Position numbers and translations under genes: made by a program | DNA from: Centroscyllium fabricii | Lineage: Eukaryota | Direction: 5' to 3' | Assembly: GCA_051313645.2 (NCBI GenBank) | Contig: JBNRSN020000021.1 | Span: forward strand, 8,804,001-8,868,000 | DNA length: 64,000 bases | Shown here: positions 37,591-50,230 of the stretch, piece after piece | How positions within the stretch are numbered: position 1 is the stretch's first letter | Layout: each line of letters begins with the position of its first letter | The notes under the pieces: generated by a model | What the model was told of the DNA's origin: nothing | What the model saw: the letters and a program-made list of their open reading frames with translations, nothing else | Database searches by the model: none

Positions 37591-37937
37591 TGAGATGAGG
37601 AGAGATTTCTTCACTCAGAGGGTGGTGAATCTTTGGAATTCTCTACCCCAGAGGGCTGTGGAGGCTCAGGCCGTTGCTTTAGCAATGCAGTTCTGCGTGA
37701 AGCTTAAAAAATTTCACTTTTTAAAAAGACCTGCTTTACCTATTTGGGAAATTTTGCAACAGAGGTGCATTCTGGGTAACACATAGCCAATACTCTTCCT
37801 TCAAATTGCTACCTAGTTAACAGTACTTTGTGAGGGATTAGTTCTGGTAGCTTAATTTTGGTAAAAAGTGAAATGCAATGCAGACATTTTTCCCAACTCC
37901 ACCCTCACCCAAATTTATCGAAGATTTTTTTGCAATA

Positions 37938-38331
37938 CAGGTTGAGCACCGGTAATCCGGCACCCGATGGTCCGGCACCTTCAGCGGTCTGGCACGAATG
38001 GAAACCGGCGGTCTTCAGTTTGCAGAGCAGCCGCTCGGCGGCGCCACCGTTTCCTGTGAAGGATGGGTGTTTGGGTTGCTGTTATTTAAGGTCCTCTAAG
38101 TGTTCTATCCCCGGGCTCCCTCCTGGGGAGTGTTCGACCCGCGCACTTCGGCGCCCGGGGAGTGTTCTACCCGCGTGCTCCGGCGCCCGGGTAGTGTTCT
38201 ACCCGCGTGCTCCGGCGCCCGGGTAGTGTTCTACCCACGCGCTTCCCCCCAGAACCTTCAGTGGTTCGGAATTTTCAATGGTTCGGCATCGGCCTAGTCC
38301 CGAGGGTGCCGGATTACCAGTGCTCAACCTG
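37938..38331. mobile_element. Tigger-like MITE with ~5 internal repeat units
   Basis: TIRs and TA; units gtgttctacccgcgtgctccggcgcccggg. Confidence 0.9.
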
Positions 38332-38733
38332 TAGAGCCGACCTCCTGAGGAGGTGTTCACTAGTCTGGTGCAAGGGTGTGAGGTTCAGCTGCTGAGCTCT
38401 GCAATTCTCTTCATAAACCTCTCTGCCCGTTGCCTCTTTCTCCCCCTTTAAGACGCGCCCTAAAGCCTACCTCATTGGCCAACCCTTTGGTCACCTGCCC
38501 TAACATCTCATGTGGCTCGGTGTCGAATTTAATTTGATATTGCTTGCGATGTTTTATTACGTGAAAGGCACTATATAAAAGCAAGTTGTTGTTGCTGCTA
38601 GCGTAGCCCAGTCCTTTAAAACTACTGCTCAAGTACTCACTGGGAGAATCCGGCTTATTACTGCTGACTGTAAATTTCAGGCTCCGTGTCGTAAGAGCTC
38701 ATGATGAAATGCCCATTTTTCTGTCATAAATGT

Positions 38734-40070
38734 AGAGTCATAGAGTAATACAGCACAGAAAGAGGCCCTTCGGCCCATCGCGTCCGTGCCACCCATCAAT
38801 CCCAGTCTATATGGGACTGGGATTGATGGGCGGCACGGCGGCACAGTGGTTAGCACTGTTGCCTCACAGCACTGGAGACCCGGGTTCAAATCCGGCCTCG
38901 GGTGACTATCTGTGTGGAGTTTGCACATTCTCCCAGTGTCTGCGTGGGTTTCCTCCGGGTGCTCCGGTTTCCTCCCACAGTCCAAAGATGTGCGGGTTAG
39001 GTTGATTGGCCAGGATAAATTGACCCTTAGTGTTAGGGGGACTGAATATGTGGGGTTACGGGGATAGGGTGTGATATGTGTCGGTGCAGGCTCGATAGGG
39101 ATCGAGGGATATGGGGAGAGGGCAGGGGCGGAGTACTGGGTTTGGATGATCAGCCATGATCTCATTGAATGGCGGAGCAGGCTCGAAGGGCCGAATGGCC
39201 TACTCCTGCTCCTAGTTTCTATGTCTATGTCTATGTCTATACTAAACCCAGTGTCCCGCATTTGGTCCATAGCCTTGTATACTATGGCATTTCAAGTGCT
39301 CATCCAAATGCTTCTTGAATGTTGTGAGGGTTCCCGCCTCTACCACAATCTCAGGCAGTGAGTTCCAGATTCCAACCACCCTCTGGGTGAAAAAGTTCTT
39401 CCTCACATCCCCACGATACCTCCTGCCCCTTACCCTGAAATTATGCCTCCTAGTTATTGACCCCTCTACCAAGGGAAAAAGTTCCACTCCATCCACCCTA
39501 TCTATTCCCTTCATAATTTTGTACACCTCAATCAGTTCCCCCCTCAGCCTCCTCTGCTCCAAGGAAAATAACCCGAGCCTGTCCAGTCTCTCTTCATAGC
39601 TGAAGCTCCCCAGCCCAGGCAGCATCCTGGTGAATCTCCTCTGCACCCTCTCCAAAGCTATTACATCCTTCCTGTAGTGTGGTGGCCAGAACTGCACACA
39701 GTACTCCAGCTGTGGCCTTACCAGCGTTTTGTACAGCTCCATCATAACCTCCCTGCTCTTATATTCTATGCCTCGGCCAATGAAGGCAAGTATCCCATAT
39801 GCCTTTTTAACCACCTTATCCACCGGTCCTGCTGCCTTCAGGGACCTATGTACCTGCACACCAAGGTCCCTCTGATCCTCTGTCTTCCCTAGCGTCCTAC
39901 CATGGTGTATTCCCTTGCCATGTTAGACCTACCGAAATGCATTACCTCACACGTTTCAGGATTAAATTCCATTTGCCACTCACCCATCTGACCAACTCAT
40001 CTATGTCGTCCTGCCTGTTGCAGATTCCCTCCTCGCTATTTACCAACCCACCAACTTTTGAGTCATATAG
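38734..40070 (-). mobile_element. CR1 family A, tail interrupted by V-SINE 38828-39240 (+)
   Basis: ORF 39242-39859; tail at 38734-38810. Confidence 0.9.
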
Positions 40071-40176
40071 AACATAGAACATAGAACATACAGCACTGTA
40101 CAGGCCCTTGGGCCCTCAATGTAGTGCCGAACTTACTGATCATGCCTTTTACATTTATATCTAAATCATTAATATA

Positions 40177-40928
40177 GGCCCAGAAATTCCCCTCATCGCA
40201 TATCGGGTTTAAGCTCTGCGAGCGCACCAGATCTTAAACCCGCAGGAAGGAGCCGGTGAGCACGCTCCAGGACTTCCTGTGCCGCCCAGCGGGGGGGTCA
40301 GTGCTCCCTGCGAGGTCCATCACAGGAAGCATCGCACTACCGGACCGCCCAGACATCCCGATGTTTTAAAAAAAAAATTCAGCGGACCAAGAGAAGAGAA
40401 ATCAACGCTGGAAAAAAGCAGTCGTTAACACCTGTTTTCATCTGGTAAGTGTATTATATTTTATTGATTTTAATTGTTGGTTTTTCAGGTTTTTAATTGT
40501 TGATAACTTTAAAGACAGGTAAGTATTTTTTTAGACCCGTTTGAAGTTAAAAAAAAAATCTGCAAATTTTTATTTTTTCTTTAAAATAGGTTATTTTTGT
40601 TAGTTGGGGTAATGTTTAAAAAATGTGGTGTTTGTAAAATTTTATTTTTGTGTTTAGGTGTCTTTTGAGAAACTCTCCATTCAAAACTCGCAGATTTCTC
40701 TCTGGAAATTTTGAACGGAGAATTCCTTTCACTGATTGGCTCCCTGCCAATCAGCTGGTCTCAAAAGCCAGTTCGCACTAATTACGCCCTTCAGATCTCG
40801 CACGGAGCACTGACAGACAGGGCTAATGGGAATTTCTCAGTGCAAAAAATCAAAAGTGAATATGGGCAATTAAAGTGCGTTAAGCAGTTCTGCACCCACG
40901 TGAAAGGCTCCACTGCAATTTCTGGGCC
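40177..40928. mobile_element. Harbinger-type MITE (ggcccagaaatt family)
   Basis: TIRs ggcccagaaatt / aatttctgggcc, 3-bp TSD ata; splits a CR1 RT segment (SGVPQGSVLGPLLF). Confidence 0.88.
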
Positions 40929-41660
40929 ATAGACTACAAACAGCAAGGGACCCAACACCGATCCCTGCGGTACCCCACTGGACACGGGCTTCCAGTTACA
41001 AAAACAACCTCTGTGTGACAAATGTACTGTGCAGAATGTAGACTAGAGGCAAGACTGATATCAATCTATATTTGTGCAGAAGTGTTTATCTAAAAAGGCA
41101 TGGGGAGGGGGCAGAATTTCAATTCAAATGTAGCCTCTGCGCACATTGGCAACATTGCTTCTGTGGCTGGTTATTTGGTGACATCCTGGGTGAGAGCGAG
41201 AAGATGGACATTATGCTCGTCTTATCTCGAATCATGGTTCGAACAAACAGCCGAGCCAACTTCAGATCAGTAGATTTTCAGGAGTAAAAGATCCTGCCTT
41301 CAACGCCTTCGAACTTGAATGAGTTAAGCCAAATCCATACCAAGACCTTCGAACGTTGGCTGATTTAACTTGACATTCAAGGCAATGAATAAGAGAAGCA
41401 AGGGATGGCTGTTGGTTTCTCTTCCATGCACTCCCCTGCCCCCTAATTAAATAATTAATCCAAACAATGTGTCTTCCAACATACATTCCTTTCCTGAATG
41501 AAAATACTAATTAAATGATTACAATGAAATGGATGGTTCAAGCATAGGCGTCGAGTTCATGTTGTATGTCATAGGCTTGACACGAGCTGAATTTTTATCC
41601 CTCAGCTCAGTTCTCTGAGCTTACATCCCCGCCCTTAAGGGACACAAAACTAGAACCATA

Positions 41661-42446
41661 GGGGGGGATTTTGCTGGAGGTGCGGGAACCTGGCGGGGAT
41701 TAGTTCGTGCGGGTTCCTGACCCGCCCGGCCAAGGGCCTGGGAAGCCCACACCTTTTAGCCCAATGACTCAATTAAATCCCCGCGTGCGGGGTGCCTCTG
41801 CTAATTACAGCAGTCCAGTCGGCAATTACGGCGCTGAAACGGCTTTGCAGAAGGCTGTCAGGGAGATGCAGGAACTGTTTGTTTACAATTCCCATGGAAA
41901 CACTCAACTGTGATGTCCAATGGGAGAGGCCAAGTGCTGTTGAGTGAAAGGTGGGTGGGCGGGCGGGCTCCGAATCTTTGACAGATAGCCAGCGTCTGTC
42001 AGTCGAGCTGGGAAGATAAGTTTTTTAAAGTTTTTGCCCTCAGCTGGTGTTGACACAAGGGAGTGACTTACTCCTCCAGGGTGTTGAAGGCCTGGGAAAC
42101 ATTTTGCTTCCAGGTCCTTCCAACACCTTGAAGGAGAAAGTTAGCAACACCACTGTGATCCCGCTGGGTTTCACCTGCGGGGTTTTAGGATGGCGGGGTT
42201 TGGGTGGGAAGGGGGTGAAAATGGCTAAGGGCCCTTAAAATGGCATTAAACATGGGAATTAAGGGCCCTTAATGAGCTGACCCAAGCATCCCCGCCGGCC
42301 GCCGGTGGGAAAGATTTGGGGCGGGGGCAAATGCTGAAGCAGCGGGGATCTGGCGGGGGGGGGGTGGGTCGGGACCCACCAGTTCCGCTATTTTGCCGTC
42401 CAACCTGCCGAAAACCCCGCCTCACGGGGAGATGAAAATCCCCCCC
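41661..42446. mobile_element. Harbinger-type MITE
   Basis: gggggggatttt / aaaatccccccc, TSD ata. Confidence 0.88.
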
Positions 42447-42519
42447 ATATTCTTTCTTCTTTGATGAACATGACTCTAGTCTCAATTAACTCTTGGGTCC
42501 CCAAACCAAGTCAACCAAA

Positions 42520-42825
42520 AGAAAGAAAGACTTGCATTTATATACCGCCTCTCACGACATCCCAAAGTGCTTTGCAGCTGATTAAGCACTTTTTGAAGTG
42601 TAGTCACCATTGCAATGTGGGAAACGCAGCAGCCAATTTGTGCACAGCAAGCTCCCACAAACAACAATGAGATAATGACCAGATAAATCAGTTTTGGTGA
42701 TGTTGGTTGAGTGCAAAATATTGACCGGGACACCAAGGATAACTCCCCTGCTCTTCGAATATTGCCGTGGGAATTTTTATCTCCACCCGAGAGGGTAGAC
42801 AGCTTAACGTCTTATCTGAAAAACT
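42520..42825 (-). mobile_element. DeuSINE 3' part
   Basis: family motifs in reverse. Confidence 0.8.
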
Positions 42826-43107
42826 TTAAAACTCAACCGCTCATTAAAACATAATGAGGTCTGATGAGATGTTAAATCCTGTCAAATGTATCACTCAACT
42901 CTTTTCTACAATCATCTGAATAGTGTCATGAGGCGCATAAATGCTGTGCTCCTGGCATCACCTTGGTAATCTCTGTCATTGTTTAATGAATTCAGTGATC
43001 CAGTGGGTATGCCAGTCCCCCGTTGTCTCAAACCCTTCCTCCAAGCCCTTGTTAAGTTAATGTCTCCTCTTTTTATCAGGGTTTGTCAGCCATGCCTCTG
43101 TGAGTAA

Positions 43108-43710
43108 CATAGAAACATAGAAGACAGGAGCAGGAGTAGGCCATTCGGCTCCTCGAGACTGCTCCGCCATTCAATGAGATCATGGCTGATCATCCAAACT
43201 CAGTACCCTGTCCCTGCTTTCTCCCCATATCTCTTGATTCCTTTAGCCTTAAGAAATATATTCCATTCCTTCTAGAATATGTTTAATGAATTGGCCTCTA
43301 TGGCCTTCTGTGGTAGAGAATTCCGCAGGTTCACCACACTCTGGGTGAAGAAATTCCTCTTCATCTCTGTCCTAAATGGCTTACCCCTTACCCTTAGACT
43401 ATGACCCCTGGTTCTGGACTCCCCGACATCCTTCCTGCATCTAGTCTGTCTGGTCCTGTTAAAATGTTATAAGTTTCAACAAGATCCCCTCTCATTCTTC
43501 TAAACTCCAGCGAGTATAAGCCCAATTGACCCAATCCCTCCTCATACATCATTCCTGCCATCCCAGGTATCAGCCTGGTGAATCTTCGCTGCACTCCCTC
43601 CATGGCAAGAACATCCTTTCTTAGATAAGGCGAACAAAACTGCACACAATACTCAAGATGTGGTCTCACCAAGGCCCTGTACAACTTCAGCAAGACATCC
43701 TTGTTCCTCC
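43108..43710 (-). mobile_element. CR1 family B 3' end
   Basis: LYRALVRPHLEYCVQF..; (tttctatg)n end. Confidence 0.9.
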
Positions 43711-43714
43711 TGTA

Positions 43715-44110
43715 ACACTCTCGCCTCCAATTCAGGAAGTGCTAAATTCAAGCCCCACTCTGAAACTTGAGCACCTAATCTCAGCTGACACTCCAGTGCC
43801 GTACTGAGGGAGTGAGGCATTGTCAGAGGTGCCGTTATTCAGATAAGACGTTAAATCAAGATCCCATTTGCGCTCTCAGGTGGATAAAAAGATTCCATGG
43901 CATTATTTCGAAGAGCAGGGGAGTTCTCCACGGTGTCCTGGCCGACATGTGTCCATCAACTCACATCAGTAAAACCACTTACTCATTTATTTAGTGCATT
44001 GCTGTTTGTGGAATCTTGCTGTGCACACATTGGCTGCCACATTTCCCTACAACGATGTTTACATTTCAAAAGTACTGGACTATAGTATGTTGGGACATCC
44101 TAAGGTTGTC
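43715..44110 (+). mobile_element. DeuSINE
   Basis: head and Deu core. Confidence 0.78.
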
Positions 44111-44476
44111 TTCTAGAATACTACAAATTCATTTTTGGAAAAAATGGACAATTTACCACATACGGCAACTGGTAGTTCTTGGAAGCAAAACCAATCCTAT
44201 AGTAACTGATGGTAACATGCAGCCTACATTGGTTCCCATAATAAGGATCGCCTTAGTGGGTTAGTCTGTCCTGAAGATATTCATGTTGGTTTAGTTGATC
44301 AATACATAGCCTCTGAGGTTACTTTTGTCCTTTGTAGGGTAACAGTCCTCAGGCTAAATGTATTGCAGTTTGGAAATGCTCTGAAACAAAATGAGATGGC
44401 GGAGATATGATCCATGTTTTCTAATACATGATGTAAAGTCTAATTAAAGGACTTCCAATTGAGGTATTAGAGTGAT

Positions 44477-44925
44477 GGGGGGGGATTTTCATGTCCCCGT
44501 GAGGCGGGGTTTTCGGCGGGTCAGCCGGCAAAATAGCGGAACCAGCCGGTCGCGACCCGCACCCGCCGGATCCCCGCCACTTTGACATTTTCCCCTGCCC
44601 TGATTACCCGCCCCGAAACCTTCCCGCCGGCAGCCGGCGGGGATGGATTGTCACCTCATTAAGGGCCCTTAATTGGCATTTTTAATGCCATTTTAAGGGC
44701 CCTTCCGAATTTTCATGCCATTCCCACCCTAACACCGTCAGCCTAAAACCACGCTGGTGAAACCCAGCGGGAGCACAGTGCTGTTCATGACTTTCTCCTT
44801 CAACGTGTTGAAGGACATGCTGCAAAATGCTTCGCACGGCTCCAGCACCTTAGAGGAGTAAGTCACTCCGTAGTGGATACGCCAGCTGTGGGCAAAAACT
44901 GAGAAATCTCAGCTTTGCACATTTA
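44477..44925. mobile_element. Harbinger-type MITE, left half
   Basis: colinear with 35244-35740. Confidence 0.8.
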
Positions 44926-44979
44926 CTCACAGAACTAGGGGGCATAATCTGTGAATAAGGGGCTGCCCTTTCAAAACTG

Positions 44980-45146
44980 TGATGTGGAGATGCCGGTGTT
45001 GGACTGGGGTGGACAAATGTAAGAAGTCACACAACACCAGGTTATAGTCCAACAGACTTCACCTGACGAAGGAGCAGCGCTCCGAAAGCTTGTGATTTCA
45101 AATAAAACTGTTGGACTATAACCTGGTGTTGTGTGACTTCTTACAT
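44980..45146. mobile_element. 167-bp PLE-1 mini element inserted in a CR1
   Basis: TSD ctttcaaaactg at 44968-44979 and 45147-45158; inverted arms. Confidence 0.9.
45059..45095 (+). ncRNA. minimal hammerhead ribozyme
   Basis: ucac-CUGACGA-a-ggagc(agc)gcucc-GAAA-gc-UU-guga. Confidence 0.8.
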
Positions 45147-45972
45147 CTTTCAAAACTGAGATGAGGAGGAATTTCTTCACTCAGAGGATGGTGAGATGTG
45201 GAATTTGCTGCCTCAGCGAGCTGTGGAAGCTGCGACATTAAATAAATTTAAAACGGAGATAGACAGTTTCCTAGCTGATAAGGGAATAAGTGGTTACGGG
45301 GAGCGGGCAGACAAGTGGACGTGAGTCTAAGTTAGGATCAGCCATGATCCTATTGAATGGCGGAGCAGGCACGAAGGGCCGTCTGGCCTACTGTGGAAAT
45401 ATAGAAAAAAGGGGCAACTATAGATTGCAAGGCTTGCTGGGATATTATACAGTCAAGCAAAATAAGAGCTTGCTTCAGCAACTAATAAGCAGTAAGCAGT
45501 TTTCACCCATGTTGCAATAAATCTAAAGGAAAAAAAGAAAAACAAAACCTGCCACGAAAATGGAGAAGTAATTGTTAAAACTAGACATCGAAACAAGCAA
45601 AGGGTATCCCTTATAAGGAATACTTACTGTTGCTCGGCAGAAACAAGTATTGATTGGATAGCACTGTTAAAGTTATTATTTTAGAAACAGCCTGACACTG
45701 TTGAAATATTGTAGACTCAGTACTTTTACCAGACACAGAAAAAGGGAACCATTACGTAAAAACCCATGATAACTTGTTTGTCTTGCTGTACAAAAATGCA
45801 AAGATTCTTCAAGCTTGTTGGGAGTTGTTCTTTTCTCTCAACCTTTGCTTGAGAGAAGCTCTCCCCTTGGCAAGTAAAAAAGATTAAACTGGTGCTTGAT
45901 TGGATTCTAACTTTGTGTCTGAGTCTTACTCGGTTCGAGATTTCGACACGACTCCTGCTCCAACTTCTTATG

Positions 45973-46091
45973 CAAGAAGTCACACAACACCAGATTATAG
46001 TCCAACGGTTTTATTTTAAATCACAAGCTTTCGGAGCTTCTGCCCCTTCGTCAGGCGAAAGAGAGTCTGGCTTAAAGAACGCACATTTAGG
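45973..46091 (-). mobile_element. PLE-1 mini element with hammerhead at 46021-46058
   Basis: TSD ccaacttcttatg at 45960-45972 and 46092-46104; ucgc-CUGACGA-a-ggggc(agaa)gcucc-GAAA-gc-UU-guga. Confidence 0.85.
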
Positions 46092-46470
46092 CCAACTTCT
46101 TATGTTCTTATTGTACACACTGCAGCCACAGGTGGTGGATGCTTTGGGTCAGTGGTTGAAGTGCCAATAAAAAACAAAACTGAAAGATTGCAAGGAATGG
46201 GATTCTTCCTTAAGGTGTCAACTTTGGTTTGCATATTTACCATCTGCATAATGGAAATGAACAGTAATGGGACAAAATACACCCGAGAGAAGCCTCTTGT
46301 GTCGGTGGCATGTTAAACCCAATCGATCTCTGTGTTTCTCTTGGGATTCAGTGAATAATAATAACTGACCATTCAGCTTTTACAGCATGCCCACTTTACA
46401 GATGAAAAATACCCAGAGGTCACAACTGTAGATTTTGGTCATACAACAACAACAACGTGCATTTCTATTA

Positions 46471-46718
46471 CATAGAAACATAGAAGATAGGAGCAGGAGT
46501 AGGCCATTCGGCACTTCGAGCCTGCTCCGCCATTCAATGAGATCATGGCTGATCATCCAAACCCAGTACCCTGTCCCTGCCTTGTCCCCATATCCCTCGA
46601 TCCCTCTTGAGCCTGCACCGACACATATCCCACCCTATCCCCGTAACCCCACATATTTAATCCCCCTAACACTAAGGGTCAATTTATCCTGGCCAATCAA
46701 CCTAACCCGCACATCTTT
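46471..46718 (-). mobile_element. V-SINE (tail B), 5'-truncated
   Basis: tail and partial body. Confidence 0.85.
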
Positions 46719-47245
46719 GTGCCTTTAACGTAGTAAAACGGTCCAAGGCACTTCACAGGAATGTTATAAAACAAAATTTGACAACAAACCACAAAAGGAG
46801 AAATTAGGGGAGACTTGGTCAGTGAGGTAGGTTTTAAGAAGTGTCTTAAAAGGAGGAAAGAGAGGTAGGGAGGCGGAGAGGTTTAGGGAGGGAATTCCAA
46901 AGCTTAAGACCTCGGCAGCTGAAGGCATGGCCGCCAATGGTTGAGCGATTATAATCAGGGATGCTCAAGAGGGCAGAATTAGAGGAGCACAGATATCTCG
47001 GGGTGTTGTAGGACTGGAGATGATTACAGAGATAGGGAGGGGCGAGGCCAAGGAGGATTTTAAAAAAAAGAGGTGTTGCTTAAAATGGAGATAATGTAGG
47101 TCAGCAAAAACAGGGGTGATGGGTGAATGGGACTTGGTATGAGTTAGGACACGGGCAGCCGAGTTTTAGATGACCTCAAGTTTACGTAGGGCAGAATGTG
47201 GGAGGCCAGCCAGGAGTGCATTGGAATAGTCAAGTCTAGCAGTAA
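46719..47245 (-). mobile_element. L2-type LINE 3' region
   Basis: reverse strand reads LDYSNALLAGLP..QNSAARVL..GGHAFSCRGLKLWNSLP. Confidence 0.8.
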
Positions 47246-47253
47246 CAACAGTA

Positions 47254-47628
47254 CAGGTTATGCACCGTTAATCCGGCATGGTCAGGACCAGGACCGTGCC
47301 GAAATTTTGAAAACTCTGAATGATTGAAGCTTTGGCGAGCGCATGCGCAGACCATTCAAAATGGCCTCCACGAAAGCCCGGCAGCCATTTTTAATGGTCT
47401 GTGCATGCGCTCGCCCATCAATCGTTTGGGACCATTCAAAATGGCTGCCGCGAAAGGCCGGCAGCCATTTTGAATGGTCTGTGCATGCGCTCATCGTTCG
47501 GGAAGGCCCGGGCATGCGCAGCCAAGCGCGGCGGCCATTTTGCGCATGCGCAGATCAGTCGGCCGGATTCGTTCCGGATGACTGAATTCACCGGATTAAC
47601 GGTGTCCGGATTAACGGTGCTCAACCTG
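47254..47628. mobile_element. Tigger/pogo-like MITE
   Basis: TIRs; TA only on the left. Confidence 0.85.
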
Positions 47629-48083
47629 GGGGTTAGGTCTAGGGTTACCATCTTTTGCCAACTTGCAGCACCACAATGTTCACTCGCAGAGTCCCAAGAG
47701 GGAGGCGGAGCGCTTCCAGTAACACCCCGCTTCCCTCTTGGGGCGCTAACAGTGAAAATTGGACTGCGGGGGCACTAAATTTTCGGGATGCTAAAAGTAG
47801 CGCACCGGCGAAGTTTGCGCCCCAAAGGGGGTGCGACTCAATTTCTCCCCCTCAGACTTTTCTGTAGATAACAGATTTGTTTTGAATTTGCTGTCTAGTC
47901 CCACCTCATTGGGAGAACCTCTCCCACCAGTGACAGATCGCTTCTATAATCTCACCTGCGGCTGCCATCTGTTCTAGCCTAAAGAGGGAGTCACTGGAGA
48001 GCCTGGGTGCAAGAGCTCACCTGTGAACAATGGTTGCAGCACCTCAACGCTGTCAAACACTGAAAAATCAACTATAAAAAAAA

Positions 48084-48571
48084 AAGTGCGTCTCCAACCG
48101 CCGGTCCGCGGAGCGGCTCCGGGCCGCGGGACAGTCTTACCGGTCCGCGGATGGTTCTGAGAAGCCGCGATGCGCCGAATCAACAACCTTGCCACGGACC
48201 GTTGGCTATTGATCGGCGCATGCGCCGCCTCACAGACTTAGCCGCGGCCCGCTGGCAATTGAAAGATTTACAGCGGCAGGGTCTGTGAATCGGCGCATGC
48301 GCGCAATCTCGGAACCTTCCTGTAGACGAGGCACAGACGCAAGGCAGCAGCCCAGCCGGTCAGTCTAATCACCCCGTCAGCCTAGAAAATCTCCGCCAGC
48401 ACCCCCCACCCCCGCTGAGACTGAAAATCGCCGTCAGCAACCCCCCCCCCCCGCTGAGACTGAAAATCTGCGTCAGCACCCCCCCCCCCCCGCTGAGGCT
48501 AAAAATCTCCATCAGAACCCCCCCACCGGTCCGCGAAGAAATTGACAACCCCAAAAGGTCGGGGACCACTG
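48084..48571. mobile_element. hAT-like MITE with short internal repeats
   Basis: right end aggtcggggaccactg, degenerate left end agtgcgtctccaacc; ggtccgcg subterminal motifs; cccgctgagactgaaaatc repeats. Confidence 0.55.
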
Positions 48572-48994
48572 CTGTAAGATAACCGGCAGATGACGCGTCA
48601 TCAAATGATGTCAACTGACACCGGCTTCCTCTTAATTGGCCGGGCTTAACAAGGACAATTGACGTAAAATTACAACTGTAGGGCAGATGTAGTTGGGGGT
48701 GGGACTGGAACCCGGAAGGCTGCTGGCCCGCTCCCAAGCCGCCTCGAAGCAGAAAATCGCGGCCAAAGTACTTGAGAAAGGAGAAGCACTTTTTCATCTT
48801 TGGAACTGAACAGAATTCAAATAATTCATAGGGAGACACAGCCAGTCACGATCGTGTTAATGTTGAAAGACACTGAATTAACTGAAATCTAAAACATACA
48901 GGTATCATACATACAAATCATACAAATTTACGGCACAGAAGGAGGCCATTCGGCCCATCGTACCTAATCCCACTTTCCAGCTCTCGTTCTGTGT

Positions 48995-49460
48995 GGAGGT
49001 GGTGGTGTAGTGGTTATGTCACCAGACTAGTAAGCCAGAGGCTCAGTCAAATACTCTGAGGATATGGGTTCAAATCCCACCACGGCAGCTGGTGGGATTT
49101 AATTCAATTCAATTTAATTCTGGAATTAAATGTTAGTCTTAGTAATGGCGACCATGATACCATTACCGATTGTTTCAAAAACCCATCTGGTTCACTAATG
49201 TCCTTTAGGGAAAGAAATCTGCCGTCCTTACCTGGTCTGGCCTTTATGTGACTCTAGACCCACAGCAATGTGGTTGACTCCTAATGCCCTCTGAAATGAC
49301 CCAGCAAGCCACTCAGTTGCAAACAACCGCTATGAAAAACAATAAGACTGCAGCGGTTCAAGAAGGCGGCTCACCACTTCTCAAGGGCAATTAGGGATGG
49401 GCACTAAATGCAGGCCTAGCCAGCCAGCGACGCCCACATCCCATCAATTGAATTAAAAAA
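48995..49460 (+). mobile_element. tRNA-derived SINE (MER131-like core) with the Zenon-like LINE tail
   Basis: head ggtggtgtagtggtt...ggttcaaatccc; 49346-49460 nearly identical to 7628-7740. Confidence 0.8.
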
Positions 49461-49738
49461 AGATATCGGTATATAATACTCATGTAGATAATTCTCTCCA
49501 GTAGGAAAGAACAATTTCCTAACAAAATGAGGGAGCCCACACGTAGGAATGATGAAAAACAGGTCTATTACATCTGAAGTCAATCTCAACACTGAACAGA
49601 AAAGCCCGCCAAAAGCCCTGTAGCTGTAAACGATACATTCACAGTTTCATTTGTGCCTAACACCCTGGTTAAATGTCCGGAGGATGTTGGGAGTCTGTTG
49701 GAGAGAATTATATACATGAGTATTATATACAGATATCT
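49461..49738. mobile_element. unclassified MITE-like element
   Basis: 40-bp inverted repeats at 49461-49500 and 49699-49738 (2 mismatches). Confidence 0.65.
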
Positions 49739-50230
49739 ACAGTGGGATGTGGACCTGCCACACAGGCAAGGATCTTCTGCTCATAGCAAGCCAGATAATA
49801 CAATGTTTTATAAGTGGAGAACTACAGGAGGCGACGCAGAACGTATTATTCTGCTTCTAAGGCGATGTTGTATACATTTAAGGCTATGGCTATTAATCAA
49901 ACACGAGAACGAGTTCATTCGAAGGCTAAATGCTATTCAGGCTGGACTTCAAACAATAGCTTTGTCCGTGGGAAGGTCTATTAAGAGGCAGTGATTCCGG
50001 TGCTCTGTTTTTTTCTGCCTCTACATTCAAAAGGACAGCAAGAGATTTATCTAGAATAAGGTAACTTACCTCTAATTGAGCCTGTGCCGAGTATGACACA
50101 GGAAGTGTGATGCTCACGTGACAGGAAGTGCATGGAGACAGACATGTTACAATAAAAACAGATATATTCATTCTCACAGGAACCATCAAAAAGGAACTGA
50201 GGTTGGTCATCTGGGGTTTCCTCGTGGTAA

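Noticed and set aside
49653-49994. 113-aa ORF in unique DNA
   Set aside because: GTG start, overlaps the MITE end, no recognisable domain
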